Below the pieces are notes generated by a model. The model was not told the DNA's origin and searched no databases. It saw only the letters and a program-made list of their open reading frames with translations. The position numbers and the translations under genes are program-made. Shown here piece after piece: positions 27,718 through 37,204 of a stretch of DNA of 64,000 bases. Every line of letters starts with the position of its first letter. Within the stretch, counting starts at the first letter, position 1. This DNA comes from a virus (Duplodnaviria > Caudoviricetes): positions 570 through 64,569 of IMG/VR virus record IMGVR_UViG_3300012036_000007. One strand, 5' to 3'.

Positions 27718-29398
27718 GGGAGCGTGCCGTTCGCTCGAGACGTTCTTTAGGCTGGCGTGGCCGCATGTTCCTCGCGCTATGGGCGAGCTTGTTTGGGAGC
27801 CATACATCCCGGTCGTGTGCCGCCATCTCCAGGCGGCTTTTGAAGGCAAGATTGGTAGGCTGTCGATCAATCTACCCCCAGGTGTTTTGAAATCGACTTT
27901 GGTTTCATGTGTATTCCCAGCATGGGTTTGGTCTCAGACGCCGGGTGCTGGGATCGTGTCGGTAGGCTATGACGACGGGCTGGCGAAGCGAGATGCGTCT
28001 GACTCACGCGATTTGATGCGGACGGAATGGTATCGCAGTCTTTGGCCGGAAGTCACGTTTCGGGACGACACTGATGCAAAGGGATATTATCGGTTGACTC
28101 AAGGGGGGTGGCGGATGGGCCAGACGTACAAGAAGCGCCTGACTGGAGATCACCCGGTTTACTTCATATGGGATGATCCGTTGAAGGCCATTGATGCCCA
28201 TAACGCGAGTCTGATCAAGGAATTGCGGGACTGGTACTTCAAGACCGTAAGTACCCGAGGTAAGGCCCGCACTGTCGTCGACGATACGGGTAGTGGGGTG
28301 TCGAGTGTCCGGCACATTCTCTGTGGTCAGCATCTTTCGGTTTCAGGCCCGTTGATGATCCCAGAGGAGCAGAACGCAATTGACACAGCAGAGGGGCGTG
28401 AAGGGCGATGGCATATTGTCAAATTCCCGATGCGATATGATCCGGCAATAGCGATGCCAGACCGTGGATTCGGTGGTGAGTATCGGACCGAACCCGGTCA
28501 GTTGCTCGACCCATTACGACTGCCAGAAAGCACTGTGGCTGATATGGAAATGGACCTTGGCAATGATGCCCATGCCCAATTGCAACAGAACCCGGTCGAA
28601 GTCCAAGGCACGATGTTCAAGGCCGACAATCTGATTGAGATCGATGCGGACGAAGTGCCAGCCGACCTGGATGAGGTTGTTAGGTTCTTCGATAAGGCGG
28701 CAACAAAAGACGGAGGATGTCAGACGGCAGGTGTTTTGATTGGCAAACACAGTCGCCAGATTGGCGAGAAATCCGTATTCAACCCTCCCAAGATCCACTA
28801 CTACATCTTGGACGACCACAGCGGGCATTGGGATGTGGACCGCGTCGAAGATGAGATCGTGCTTTGCAAGGACGCGGATCTAGCGGTATGGGGGTTCGAT
28901 CGATATCGACTTGCAATCGAGGAGGAGGGTGGAAGCGGAGGTAAGGTCTCAGTGAGGTCGACTGAAAAGCGGATGCAGGGCGTCCAGTTCGAGGCGATCA
29001 GTCCCGTGGGGAACAAAGAAGCTAGGGCGACACCGCTTGCGAGAGAAGTCAGGCTAGGCAATGTCTACATCGTCCGTGGATCATGGACCCCTGCATTTAA
29101 GACCCAGATGCGTCAGTTTCCCAACGGGAAGTTGAAGGACAAGATCGATGCGGCTGCGGGTGCTCATCTTTGCCTGGAGGGCACGATTGGAACCAAGAAT
29201 AAGAAAAAAGGAGCATTGGTGAGTCGTCCGCGAACGAATGTCATCTGCGTAGCAGCTGGCTGCGATCGACCAATCGAATCCGGTTCCGATTATTGCTGCC
29301 CAGAGTGCGAGGTAGTTTCGGGATTCAATGATCCAACGATGACTGTCGACCACAGCGATGGTTGCTGCGGGCGGTATTTCAGGGCAAGCAATTCCTAG
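27641..29398 (+). CDS. Terminase large subunit
   Basis: INLPPGVLKST, WDDP, AQLQQNP, RFFDKAAT, GNKEARA, FPNGKLKDKIDA. Confidence 0.9.
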   Translation: MEKTPQPFRATPRQLQEVPALRIATKGACRSLETFFRLAWPHVPRAMGELVWEPYIPVVCRHLQAAFEGKIGRLSINLPPGVLKSTLVSCVFPAWVWSQTPGAGIVSVGYDDGLAKRDASDSRDLMRTEWYRSLWPEVTFRDDTDAKGYYRLTQGGWRMGQTYKKRLTGDHPVYFIWDDPLKAIDAHNASLIKELRDWYFKTVSTRGKARTVVDDTGSGVSSVRHILCGQHLSVSGPLMIPEEQNAIDTAEGREGRWHIVKFPMRYDPAIAMPDRGFGGEYRTEPGQLLDPLRLPESTVADMEMDLGNDAHAQLQQNPVEVQGTMFKADNLIEIDADEVPADLDEVVRFFDKAATKDGGCQTAGVLIGKHSRQIGEKSVFNPPKIHYYILDDHSGHWDVDRVEDEIVLCKDADLAVWGFDRYRLAIEEEGGSGGKVSVRSTEKRMQGVQFEAISPVGNKEARATPLAREVRLGNVYIVRGSWTPAFKTQMRQFPNGKLKDKIDAAAGAHLCLEGTIGTKNKKKGALVSRPRTNVICVAAGCDRPIESGSDYCCPECEVVSGFNDPTMTVDHSDGCCGRYFRASNS

Positions 29399-29402
29399 AC
29401 GC

Positions 29403-29429
29403 GCAATCGGTGGCAGGGCAGTGCGTCTA
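29403..29429 (+). promoter_or_regulatory. ECF-type promoter (terL-portal intergenic transcript)
   Basis: GCAATC ggtggcagggcagt GCGTCTA. Confidence 0.75.
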
Positions 29430-29436
29430 CTTGGTT

Positions 29437-29735
29437 GAACGCAATCGTAGTTGACCAAAGGCATGGCATTGAAGATGAAGAAACTATTGACCGAAATCCG
29501 CAGGCCGACTGCTCGATGGTGAGACACACGACGGTCTGCCCGTCTGAGTGTCCGGCCTAGATGTTTGCGGGGGGCTGGTATTGCGAATCGCTTATCCGCA
29601 TCGCAAGACTGAGTCTGTCCGCTGGTCGGGGAATGGCGGTCACTGCCTAGCCGTGAGTGGCATCGTAACCACGGTTCGAGTTCTCCTTGAGGAGGGTCGC
29701 TATAGTTCTCGTCGAGCTGTAGCGGCCCTTTTTTT
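29437..29735 (+). ncRNA. Candidate ~300-nt structured RNA
   Basis: Bounded by the promoter motif and an intrinsic terminator; long hairpin 29502-29558; no convincing + strand protein gene. Confidence 0.45.
29693..29735 (+). terminator. Rho-independent terminator
   Basis: AGGGTCGCTATAG...CTGTAGCGGCCCT stem followed by a T-run. Confidence 0.85.
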
Positions 29736-29826
29736 GCGCCCATGCCAAATCTGCCCTATGTAGTGGCCATCCATTAACCTCACAAATCTACTTCCCGTCC
29801 CCCGAAGATTTATATGAGGCCAGACC

Positions 29827-32178
29827 ATGGGTCTACCGATCCCGACCGAAATCAAGAAGCAAAGAGCAGCCGAGCAACAGGCATTCGATGAGGCGTTTAA
29901 CCGGACGCTATCCGCTGCCCTTTCCGGTTCGCCTCTTGGACAAGAAAGCTCTAATCCACGAGGTGAAGTCAAATCGTTCAACGGCTGGAACTATCTCGGC
30001 ATCACTGCCATAGCTAGGCAAGCTGCAAGGTCTCACCACTATGTCTATGACGGTAGTCACAATGCGAAGTCCAAGCGTGCCAAAGCCAAGTCGATATACG
30101 GGTCCAAGTGGCGAAATCTTGCCCAAGACGGAGCGGCCGATGTGGTCGACGAATCCCATTGGTGTGCCCGGTTGGTATCCAGACCGGGTGGCCGAATATC
30201 TATTGGTGTTTTCATTTGGGAGTACATCCAGCAGATGCACCTCCACGGGGCTTGCATCATCTGGAATCGTCGATCGATTGACGGTAGCCGGATTGTACAG
30301 CGGTTGATTATCCCGATGTCGATCGCACATCGGATCATGCCCGGTGAAGACAGAGCGGCCCCGAATGGTGGTGTCGAGATCAAGATCGATAACGCGGGGT
30401 TGGGTTGGTACGCACGCAAGGAATTTGGTGCACTGGTCAACAAAGTAATCCCTGTTGAACAGCTATCGGTGGTGAGATACCCACATGCACAATCCAGGGG
30501 TGATGGCCAGAGCCCAAGCGATGCAGCCGGCTGGTGGATCGATCTAGCCACAATGGTCGACATGACTCGCTGGCGGCATATGAAGCGTGGACCAAAACCT
30601 CATGCGTTGCTGACATTCGATGATCCGGACATCGATGAGGAAAAGCTGAATGAGGTCGAGAAGCGGATGAACCGCAAGTTCGAAGGCGACCGGATGGATG
30701 AGAAGTGGGCTGCCATTGGCGGTGGTGCCAAGATCCAAAGCACAACGACTCCGAAGGATATGAAATATGAAGAATCATTCGATCAAATCGGTCGAGTGAT
30801 CCTAGCCACCCACGGCGCAGGAGCTGCCATGGTGGGCCTAACCGACAACATGACCCACGGAAGTATCTCAGCAGCGATCACCCAAGCCAATACCGTTGTG
30901 CAAGCCGACTTGGATTTGCTCGGTGAGGACTTCACGTTGCTCTTTGAGGACTTTGGGCAATCGATGGTCTGCGAGTTCGAAACCCAGCCGATGGATGATC
31001 CGGCTGTTGTTGAGACGCAGTTGACGCAAGACCTAGCAGCGGGTTGTCGGCTCGGTAAGGAATGGCGTGCAATCCGCGGCCTGCCCCCGTTCGGTGACTG
31101 GCGAGATGATGCCCGCGTGACATCCACAGGATTCGTCCGTGATGAGGATCCAGAGAACGCCCCAACCACACAAGCACGTCCTGAGATGGTGCTAGGCCGA
31201 ACCGACTACCCGGCGCCTAAATCGATGTCCAAGTCGGCACCCAAGTCGTCCCCCAAGGCGGAAAGGGTCAAAGCCGACGACAGTCCGATCGTGGCTGTCG
31301 ACCTAGATGGGACGTTGGCCGTCCTGGGTAAGTACGACCCGGATATGATCGGGGAACCAATCAGGTCGTCTATCGAGATCGTACGAAAGCTGGATCGTGC
31401 CGGAGTCCGAATTTGCATCTTTACCTGCCGGGATAATGACGAGCTAGTCAGGCAGTGGTTGGAGGCTAATAGAGTCCCGTTTGATGCCCTGAATGAGAAC
31501 CTTGCGGGCTTCCCCACCTCGGGCAAGATCTATGCGGATGCGTACTTCGACGATCGGGCTGTGAACGTCGATGAGGGGCTTAAAGGAATCGCCCATGCGT
31601 TGGGTAAAGAATGGTCGATCAAGCTAGGTGAGAATCCACACAAGCTAGGTGCGATCATGTTGGAGGTGCCTGCAAAGATGCGGGCAGCTATCAAGGGATT
31701 GCAGGGATTGATTCCAGCTGAATCGGTAGCTCCAGAGGGGCTGGAAGAATGGCCCCATGTGACGGTACTCTACGGAATAACTGGAACACCGATCGAAGAG
31801 GTCGTGGCAGAGGTCCGCAAGATTCGACGCATCGAGGTATCTGTCGGTGACCTAGGATTTTTCAACCGCGATAATGATTCGGTCGCCAAGTTGGCTGTCG
31901 AGTCCGATTACTTGCGGAAGATAAACGGCAAGTTGTCCGATTCATTCCCGGTCGAGACCCACCACCCCGAATACAACCCGCATATCACGTTGGGCTACGT
32001 CCGCAATGACGGGGCGAGCTACAGCAAGGTAATGAATCGATTGCGTGGCGAGGTTTGGGAAGCAACCCATGCGGTGGTCTCAGTCGACGGGCGGAAGATC
32101 CGCGTACCGCTGGTCCACAAGCCGGAAACCGTGATAGATCGGATGATGGGCAAGACAGCCTACAGCAACGGCCACTAG
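29827..32178 (+). CDS. Portal protein fused to HAD-like and 2H phosphoesterase (Acb1/gp57B-like) domains
   Basis: Portal features (AIARQAA, G.SP, PKDMKY, EWRAIRGLPP); VAVDLDGTL...FTCR...KIYADAYFDDRAV; HVTVLYG...PHITLGY. Confidence 0.8.
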   Translation: MGLPIPTEIKKQRAAEQQAFDEAFNRTLSAALSGSPLGQESSNPRGEVKSFNGWNYLGITAIARQAARSHHYVYDGSHNAKSKRAKAKSIYGSKWRNLAQDGAADVVDESHWCARLVSRPGGRISIGVFIWEYIQQMHLHGACIIWNRRSIDGSRIVQRLIIPMSIAHRIMPGEDRAAPNGGVEIKIDNAGLGWYARKEFGALVNKVIPVEQLSVVRYPHAQSRGDGQSPSDAAGWWIDLATMVDMTRWRHMKRGPKPHALLTFDDPDIDEEKLNEVEKRMNRKFEGDRMDEKWAAIGGGAKIQSTTTPKDMKYEESFDQIGRVILATHGAGAAMVGLTDNMTHGSISAAITQANTVVQADLDLLGEDFTLLFEDFGQSMVCEFETQPMDDPAVVETQLTQDLAAGCRLGKEWRAIRGLPPFGDWRDDARVTSTGFVRDEDPENAPTTQARPEMVLGRTDYPAPKSMSKSAPKSSPKAERVKADDSPIVAVDLDGTLAVLGKYDPDMIGEPIRSSIEIVRKLDRAGVRICIFTCRDNDELVRQWLEANRVPFDALNENLAGFPTSGKIYADAYFDDRAVNVDEGLKGIAHALGKEWSIKLGENPHKLGAIMLEVPAKMRAAIKGLQGLIPAESVAPEGLEEWPHVTVLYGITGTPIEEVVAEVRKIRRIEVSVGDLGFFNRDNDSVAKLAVESDYLRKINGKLSDSFPVETHHPEYNPHITLGYVRNDGASYSKVMNRLRGEVWEATHAVVSVDGRKIRVPLVHKPETVIDRMMGKTAYSNGH

Positions 32179-32193
32179 TTTTCGGGAATTTGC

Positions 32194-32220
32194 GCAATCA
32201 CCGATTCGATTGGGCGTCCA
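32194..32220 (+). promoter_or_regulatory. ECF-type promoter variant upstream of sigma paralog 2
   Basis: GCAATC accgattcgattgg GCGTCCA. Confidence 0.65.
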
Positions 32221-32366
32221 CCACCGAACACCTAGATGGGCCGTCTGTTTTCTTTGAAATGCGACCCATTTTGAGTGAATCCCACTACCGCGCTAGGCCG
32301 AACTACTGTAGCATATAGAGAACAGTTGAGGCACTTGGCTTCACGGACCTCGAAAGGCGAATTCAG

Positions 32367-32876
32367 ATGGCAACAGCAGCAGAAATCACGGACGTTTTGG
32401 TAGGATGCGAAAACCGGATCAAGGGTATCGCGACCAAAGCAGTAGACGCCGATGACTTGTTCCAGGTCACGGCCATGAATGCCCTGGCCAACGGGGAATC
32501 TTGCGAAGGCCAGACTGCTGATGAGATCCAAGCTTGGGTGATCAGTGTCGCATATCGTGCTCGCACATCCGCATGGCGCAAGTCAACGGCTGCTAAGCGT
32601 GACAGTCGGCGGACGCAAGGTATCGAGCGGCATGATGCCATCGAATCAGAGGCACCGTCCGAGGTTGCTGAGGATCGAGAATTGGCCCAAGAATTAGTGA
32701 GCCGACTTGAGCAGCTCCCAGCCCAAGCAGCGGCCATCATTCGTATGCGATACCTTGGCCAGATGGAGGCCAGCGAAGTGGCTGAGGAATTAGGGATCAC
32801 ACGCCAGCAAGTGAATTACAAGCTGTGCCGAGCCATGACCCGACTGCGAAAACTGTCTGCTGATTTGGTGGCCTAG
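32367..32876 (+). CDS. ECF-type sigma-70 factor, paralog 2
   Basis: DADDLFQVTAMNAL...EIQAWV; LEQLP...IIRMRY...EVAEELGIT...RAMTRLRK. Confidence 0.88.
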   Translation: MATAAEITDVLVGCENRIKGIATKAVDADDLFQVTAMNALANGESCEGQTADEIQAWVISVAYRARTSAWRKSTAAKRDSRRTQGIERHDAIESEAPSEVAEDRELAQELVSRLEQLPAQAAAIIRMRYLGQMEASEVAEELGITRQQVNYKLCRAMTRLRKLSADLVA

Positions 32877-33021
32877 CATCGCATGCAATGAATGAAACGG
32901 ACGCGAACTATCTGAATTAGTCGCGATCCGATGGGTCTGCCGAGCAGGGCAAGTAAAGCTCTGTGACTCGGGGCCATATTTGGGCAGCTGCCGATTCTTG
33001 AGCGATTCTTCGACCCGTTGC

Positions 33022-33048
33022 GCAGTCGATGGCTTTCGCGTGCGTCTA
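33022..33048 (+). promoter_or_regulatory. ECF-type promoter (probably a leaderless WYL mRNA)
   Basis: GCAGTC gatggctttcgcgt GCGTCTA, then 7 nt to ATG 33056. Confidence 0.75.
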
Positions 33049-33055
33049 TCTCAGC

Positions 33056-33322
33056 ATGGATGCACTGGCTTTGAGGATGATTGCACTAGCGATGCGTGAA
33101 CAAGATACGTTCGCTGTTTCGATCACCTACACCGATGCATCCGGTGTTAGGACTCGCCGCGTGGTGAGCCCCATACGTTTTGAGCAAGGTACGGATCGCT
33201 TCAAGGCCTTGTGTCTTGCGCGTGAGGATGTTCGCACGTTCCTGTCGTCGAAGTGCAGCGATGTGCGATTAGTCCACGCCTGCGATGTCGTGATGCCTGT
33301 TGAGATTGAAAGGTTGCTGTGA
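33056..33322 (+). CDS. Stand-alone WYL-domain protein
   Basis: ITYTDASGVRTRRVVSP...ALCLAREDVRTF. Confidence 0.75.
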   Translation: MDALALRMIALAMREQDTFAVSITYTDASGVRTRRVVSPIRFEQGTDRFKALCLAREDVRTFLSSKCSDVRLVHACDVVMPVEIERLL

Positions 33323-33993
33323 TGGATGAAGTGGTTTTGGTTGACGCTGGGGACGGGCGAAAGCTGGTCAAGAAGTGGAGCGAGGATGGAGAACGACGGC
33401 TGTACGGCTGGGACGGGGCATTCGTAGGTCGGTTTCATATTGCGGCTATCAATTTTTGTGCCGCGCGTAGATTGCCTGCCGTTTTTACTGATGAAATGGG
33501 CCGTGTTTGTGGTGTTTATGAAGATCCTTCCTTCGCGATGATCGGCGGTGCCAAGCTATACATCGACCACGAAGGCGTTCCGCACGTTGTTGCCGAAGAG
33601 ATGCGGATTGTTTGCCGCGATGAAGGTGGGTTTGCTGTACTGGTTGGTGATCGCGAATGCGACCACCTGACCTACGATGAGATGCTTGGTCTGGTGGCGT
33701 CGACTTTTTCAAACCATGCCCGTTGTTACCAGTGGTTGCGGACTCGCGAGGAGAGTCGCGTGCGTGATGCGGCCTTGCGTGACAGTGCTGCGGAGCGAGC
33801 GGAGTCTTGTGTTGATGATGCGGTAGTGCCCCAAGTGGAACCGGCGAAACCGGAAGAGTGTGATGCAGTCGTCGCTAGTGACGCACAAGCTGCAGCAAAG
33901 TCGTGGGACGATCAGAGAGAGTACTTGGCTCGCAAGATCATGGATGATCGCGAAAAAGCTAAACAGCAAAGGCGACCACAGCGATTTGGTTAG
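33319..33993 (+). CDS. Hypothetical protein
   Basis: GTGA-coupled 224 aa ORF. Confidence 0.65.
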   Translation: MMDEVVLVDAGDGRKLVKKWSEDGERRLYGWDGAFVGRFHIAAINFCAARRLPAVFTDEMGRVCGVYEDPSFAMIGGAKLYIDHEGVPHVVAEEMRIVCRDEGGFAVLVGDRECDHLTYDEMLGLVASTFSNHARCYQWLRTREESRVRDAALRDSAAERAESCVDDAVVPQVEPAKPEECDAVVASDAQAAAKSWDDQREYLARKIMDDREKAKQQRRPQRFG

Positions 33994-34028
33994 GCCTGTC
34001 AACGTCTGAAACATTGGGATTGTGAGCA

Positions 34029-34535
34029 ATGAGATTGATTTTAATCGGGTGCAGCAAGACAAAGCTGCCGTACACACCAGAGCGAAAGCGTGGTGGTCGG
34101 ATCAGGCCGCAAGAGATGTACGGCGGATCGCTGTTTTCAAAGCGGGTTAAGTATGCTGAGTGTCGCAATCTCCAATGGCGGGTTCTGTCAGCGGAGTACG
34201 GGGCATGGCGACCGGACGAAGAGCGCAAACCGTACGATGAAACACTTGCAGATAAGACACCTGCTGACTTCGCAATCTGGCATGCTTGGGTTGCGTACGA
34301 TCTGATTCACGAGCTTTTCGAACCGTTTGAGACAGGGGAGGCCGAGCAACCGCTTAAGCCTTGCGACCTGACGGTTGAGATCCATGCTGGCAAGTTGTAT
34401 GCCCATCCGTTGGCTGAGATCTTAGGAAGCCTCGGAGTGAATGTTGAATTGCCCTGCGAGGGTCTCGGGATTGGGGAGCAGTTGGCAATGTATACCAGCG
34501 GTCGGTTGTCCGGTGAATGCGTCGCAAATGCGTGA
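34029..34535 (+). CDS. DUF6884-like protein
   Basis: LIGCSKTK...MY.GSLF...WRVLSAEYG...PYD.TL...EIHAG..Y...GLGIGEQL. Confidence 0.75.
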   Translation: MRLILIGCSKTKLPYTPERKRGGRIRPQEMYGGSLFSKRVKYAECRNLQWRVLSAEYGAWRPDEERKPYDETLADKTPADFAIWHAWVAYDLIHELFEPFETGEAEQPLKPCDLTVEIHAGKLYAHPLAEILGSLGVNVELPCEGLGIGEQLAMYTSGRLSGECVANA

Positions 34536-34541
34536 ACGAAA

Positions 34542-34811
34542 ATGAGGGAAGCTATGGAGATTCAAGCTACGCCAACAAAGTTTGTGATCGGGATTCCTGG
34601 TGAGAAAACAGACGGTCCCTATTTATTTCGGTCGTCCGCAACTGTCGAGATCGTAGATGAGGCGGCTGGACCGTTCCTTCTGCTCAGCGTTACGAACGAT
34701 GGTGAGTACCCGGAAAACACATTGCCTATCGATCTAACTGAAATAGATGCGTTCTGCAACGCACTGAAATCAATAGCGAGTCAAGTCATTGGAGAGCCTA
34801 CGAATGAGTGA
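34542..34811 (+). CDS. Hypothetical protein
   Basis: ATVEIVDEAAGPFL pattern seen in small phage proteins. Confidence 0.6.
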   Translation: MREAMEIQATPTKFVIGIPGEKTDGPYLFRSSATVEIVDEAAGPFLLLSVTNDGEYPENTLPIDLTEIDAFCNALKSIASQVIGEPTNE

Positions 34812-34920
34812 AGAACCTCGAACGGATGAAGAGCTTGAAGAGTTCGTCAAGCAGATCCGAATTAGGGATCAACGCAACGCGGTCAAAAACGAACTGTGGA
34901 TCACAAACCAGCGGAGCTGA
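34804..34920 (+). CDS. Small hypothetical protein (38 aa)
   Basis: MSEEPRTDEELEEFVKQIR...; GGAG RBS, overlaps the previous stop. Confidence 0.45.
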   Translation: MSEEPRTDEELEEFVKQIRIRDQRNAVKNELWITNQRS

Positions 34921-34950
34921 AAAAACTTTCCCTTTCTTCCTGATTTCGTA

Positions 34951-34979
34951 TTGCACAAGCAAGACCGTGTCGATATAAT
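34951..34979 (+). promoter_or_regulatory. Housekeeping sigma-70 promoter
   Basis: TTGCAC-N17-TATAAT. Confidence 0.75.
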
Positions 34980-35031
34980 TTAGGACATGGCAAGCGAATG
35001 ACGCGAGCCGAAACTAACCGGAGACAAAACG

Positions 35032-35382
35032 ATGAACGCAGCTGAAATCAAAACTGAAATCGAGCGATTGGCACAAAGCCGCAAAAACCAAGTCAACGTG
35101 GAATTCGAGGGATACGACCCCGGCCACGAAATGCCGCAAGATCGCATGATCTCGAAATTAATCGACGAAATGCACAGCGGTGGACACATCATGGTCGGCG
35201 ATGAGATTTACAGCAGCGACGAAATTCAGACGATCCGCGAAACGTTTAACGCCAAAGTCAAGCATTTTATGGCTGATTATCATGGTCAAGGCGTACCAAC
35301 CGCGACTATGCAAGGGTGGGAAAAAGAAGTTGGGATGAAGCAGAGCCAAATCAAAAACGCTGTCAAAACATTGGGGCTGTAA
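35032..35382 (+). CDS. Hypothetical protein
   Basis: GGAG RBS; downstream of the sigma-70 promoter. Confidence 0.7.
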   Translation: MNAAEIKTEIERLAQSRKNQVNVEFEGYDPGHEMPQDRMISKLIDEMHSGGHIMVGDEIYSSDEIQTIRETFNAKVKHFMADYHGQGVPTATMQGWEKEVGMKQSQIKNAVKTLGL

Positions 35383-35384
35383 TC

Positions 35385-35576
35385 ATGACCAACGATCAAA
35401 AGAAAATTGCGGAAAAATACGTCGCCCACTATCCGCATCTAAAGCATTTGGCGGACAACGCCAATGCCGATCCGGCGGCAGAAAAAACGCTGGGAGATGA
35501 GATAGGCCGGTTGGCCTGTCCTCCAACGGTTAGCCCGTCCGAACTGTACGCGATCAGCAAACTGGGGATCGCGTGA
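35385..35576 (+). CDS. Small hypothetical protein
   Basis: Operonic spacing; GTGA overlap with the next gene. Confidence 0.6.
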   Translation: MTNDQKKIAEKYVAHYPHLKHLADNANADPAAEKTLGDEIGRLACPPTVSPSELYAISKLGIA

Positions 35577-35944
35577 ACAAGGCACTGCTGAGAGCGTTCC
35601 GAAGATCGAAAATGTCGACTTACGAGTTAGCTGCGACGACGGGATTGAGCAAGTCAACGGTTGGCCGCTGGGTTCGTGGCGAAACTGATTTGTCGGTCTC
35701 TAATTTCGAGGCGATCGCGGATGCACTTGGCCTCACGAGTAAGCAGCACGGAGGTAAACGTACAGCGGGGCCCGGAAAATCGCTTGGGGCTCCGCCGAAA
35801 CGCGGTGTGGCGAAGGTCCCGTTCAGCGGGCGGGCGACCCCCGAAGTCGTTGAATTCCTGCGGCAGACGGGCAACATTAGCGAGCAGATCGAAACGGTTG
35901 TTCGGCGATCGAAAGCGTTTCGAGAGTGGAACCAAGCCCGTTAG
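35573..35944 (+). CDS. XRE-family HTH protein with C-terminal RHH/antitoxin-like segment
   Basis: MSTYELAATTGLSKSTVGRWVRGE...IADALGL; HGGKR..GAP...R.TPEVVEFL. Confidence 0.8.
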   Translation: MNKALLRAFRRSKMSTYELAATTGLSKSTVGRWVRGETDLSVSNFEAIADALGLTSKQHGGKRTAGPGKSLGAPPKRGVAKVPFSGRATPEVVEFLRQTGNISEQIETVVRRSKAFREWNQAR

Positions 35945-36046
35945 GTCGGCAATCAATTGCGTTAGCACAGTCGCAGAATCAAGCCCATTTCGTGATCCGT
36001 GGATTCCCCTATCATGATGGGGAATCATCAACGAAAGGCTTTTGGT

Positions 36047-37135
36047 ATGGTCAAGAAAAAGAATCCGGTTGCCGTTTGGTTAACCGCAGTTGTCGGCATC
36101 TTCGCCGTCCTCATCTTCGGTTGCTGCGGTATGGGTGGGCTTTCCGTTTTGCTGTCGCCAGTCACAGTCAAGATCGCAGATGAGTCTCCCATATTCGATG
36201 AGCCTCAAGCATCGGCGCCAGACGAGGAGGTGGGACCATCGACTGAACCGCTCGACGAACTGGATGTCCTTGACAGCATTCCTCTGAAAGAGAGCGAGCC
36301 TGATACCGATCCCGTAGTTGCCGACTCATCGCCCCAGCCAGAGCCGCGAACGTGGAACACAAGCGACGGCAATAACACGATCGAAGCGAGGCTGACAAAC
36401 TATGTGCGTGAGAGCGAGACCGTTGAGCTAGAGAATGTCAGCACTGGCAAGCGTGGTGAAGTGCCTTTGGCTAGTCTGAGTCTTACCGATCGCGAATACG
36501 TCAAAGCCATTTGGGGGCCACCGATTAACGAAGGGGCTGAGGTCCTCGTTGGCATGATCTCCCGCACCAAAGACGGTGACACGATCGACTTCAAGTCGTT
36601 GGATGGTCGGGAAACGACTATCCGGCTCGAGGGTGTCGATGCCCCTGAAAAGGCGCAGCGATTTGGAGAAGAATCCACGGAATGGATCTCTCGAAAGATG
36701 TTCAACAAAATCGGCCGTGCTGAGATCACCGGCAAAGATCGGTACGGTAGATCGCTTGGCTATCTGTATGTCGGCGATGACTGGGTGAATGAGGACCTAC
36801 TGACCGCTGGCCTCGCTTGGCACTACGTGAAGTACAACAAAGACACGCGACTTGCAGAGGCACAGCAGACGGCACGGAGGCTTGGGCGTGGCTTATGGGC
36901 GGACGCTAGGAAAGTCGCACCGTGGGATTACCGCAATGGCCAGCGAGTCGAGACCGCATTGCCTGCCAATGTCGAGAGCACGCGAGAGGATGAGGAGATC
37001 GTCTACATCACGGACACGGGCACGAAGTACCACCGTGAGAGCTGCCGCTTTGCCAAGAAGTCGCACTACCCGATTCCGCTAAGCAGGGCTACATCTGCTT
37101 ACGAACCGTGCAAAGTCTGCAATCCAAAGCGCTAG
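36047..37135 (+). CDS. Membrane-anchored thermonuclease (SNase) with SHD1 and C-terminal Zn-binding domain
   Basis: TM helix; PRTWNTSDG..TIEARL (SHD1); DGDT...IRLEGVDAPE...DRYGR; VYITDTGTKYH..C...PCKVC. Confidence 0.9.
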   Translation: MVKKKNPVAVWLTAVVGIFAVLIFGCCGMGGLSVLLSPVTVKIADESPIFDEPQASAPDEEVGPSTEPLDELDVLDSIPLKESEPDTDPVVADSSPQPEPRTWNTSDGNNTIEARLTNYVRESETVELENVSTGKRGEVPLASLSLTDREYVKAIWGPPINEGAEVLVGMISRTKDGDTIDFKSLDGRETTIRLEGVDAPEKAQRFGEESTEWISRKMFNKIGRAEITGKDRYGRSLGYLYVGDDWVNEDLLTAGLAWHYVKYNKDTRLAEAQQTARRLGRGLWADARKVAPWDYRNGQRVETALPANVESTREDEEIVYITDTGTKYHRESCRFAKKSHYPIPLSRATSAYEPCKVCNPKR

Positions 37136-37204
37136 ACAAAGATTGGCGACGAGGTTGATTGCATTCCACAACGCCGAATGAAAGAGAGGTGTCGCTAACC
37201 AAGG

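Noticed and set aside
29570-29690. GGGGCTG and GGTTCGAG suggested tmRNA or tRNA
   Set aside because: No T-stem pairing around TTCGAG and no acceptor stem or CCA
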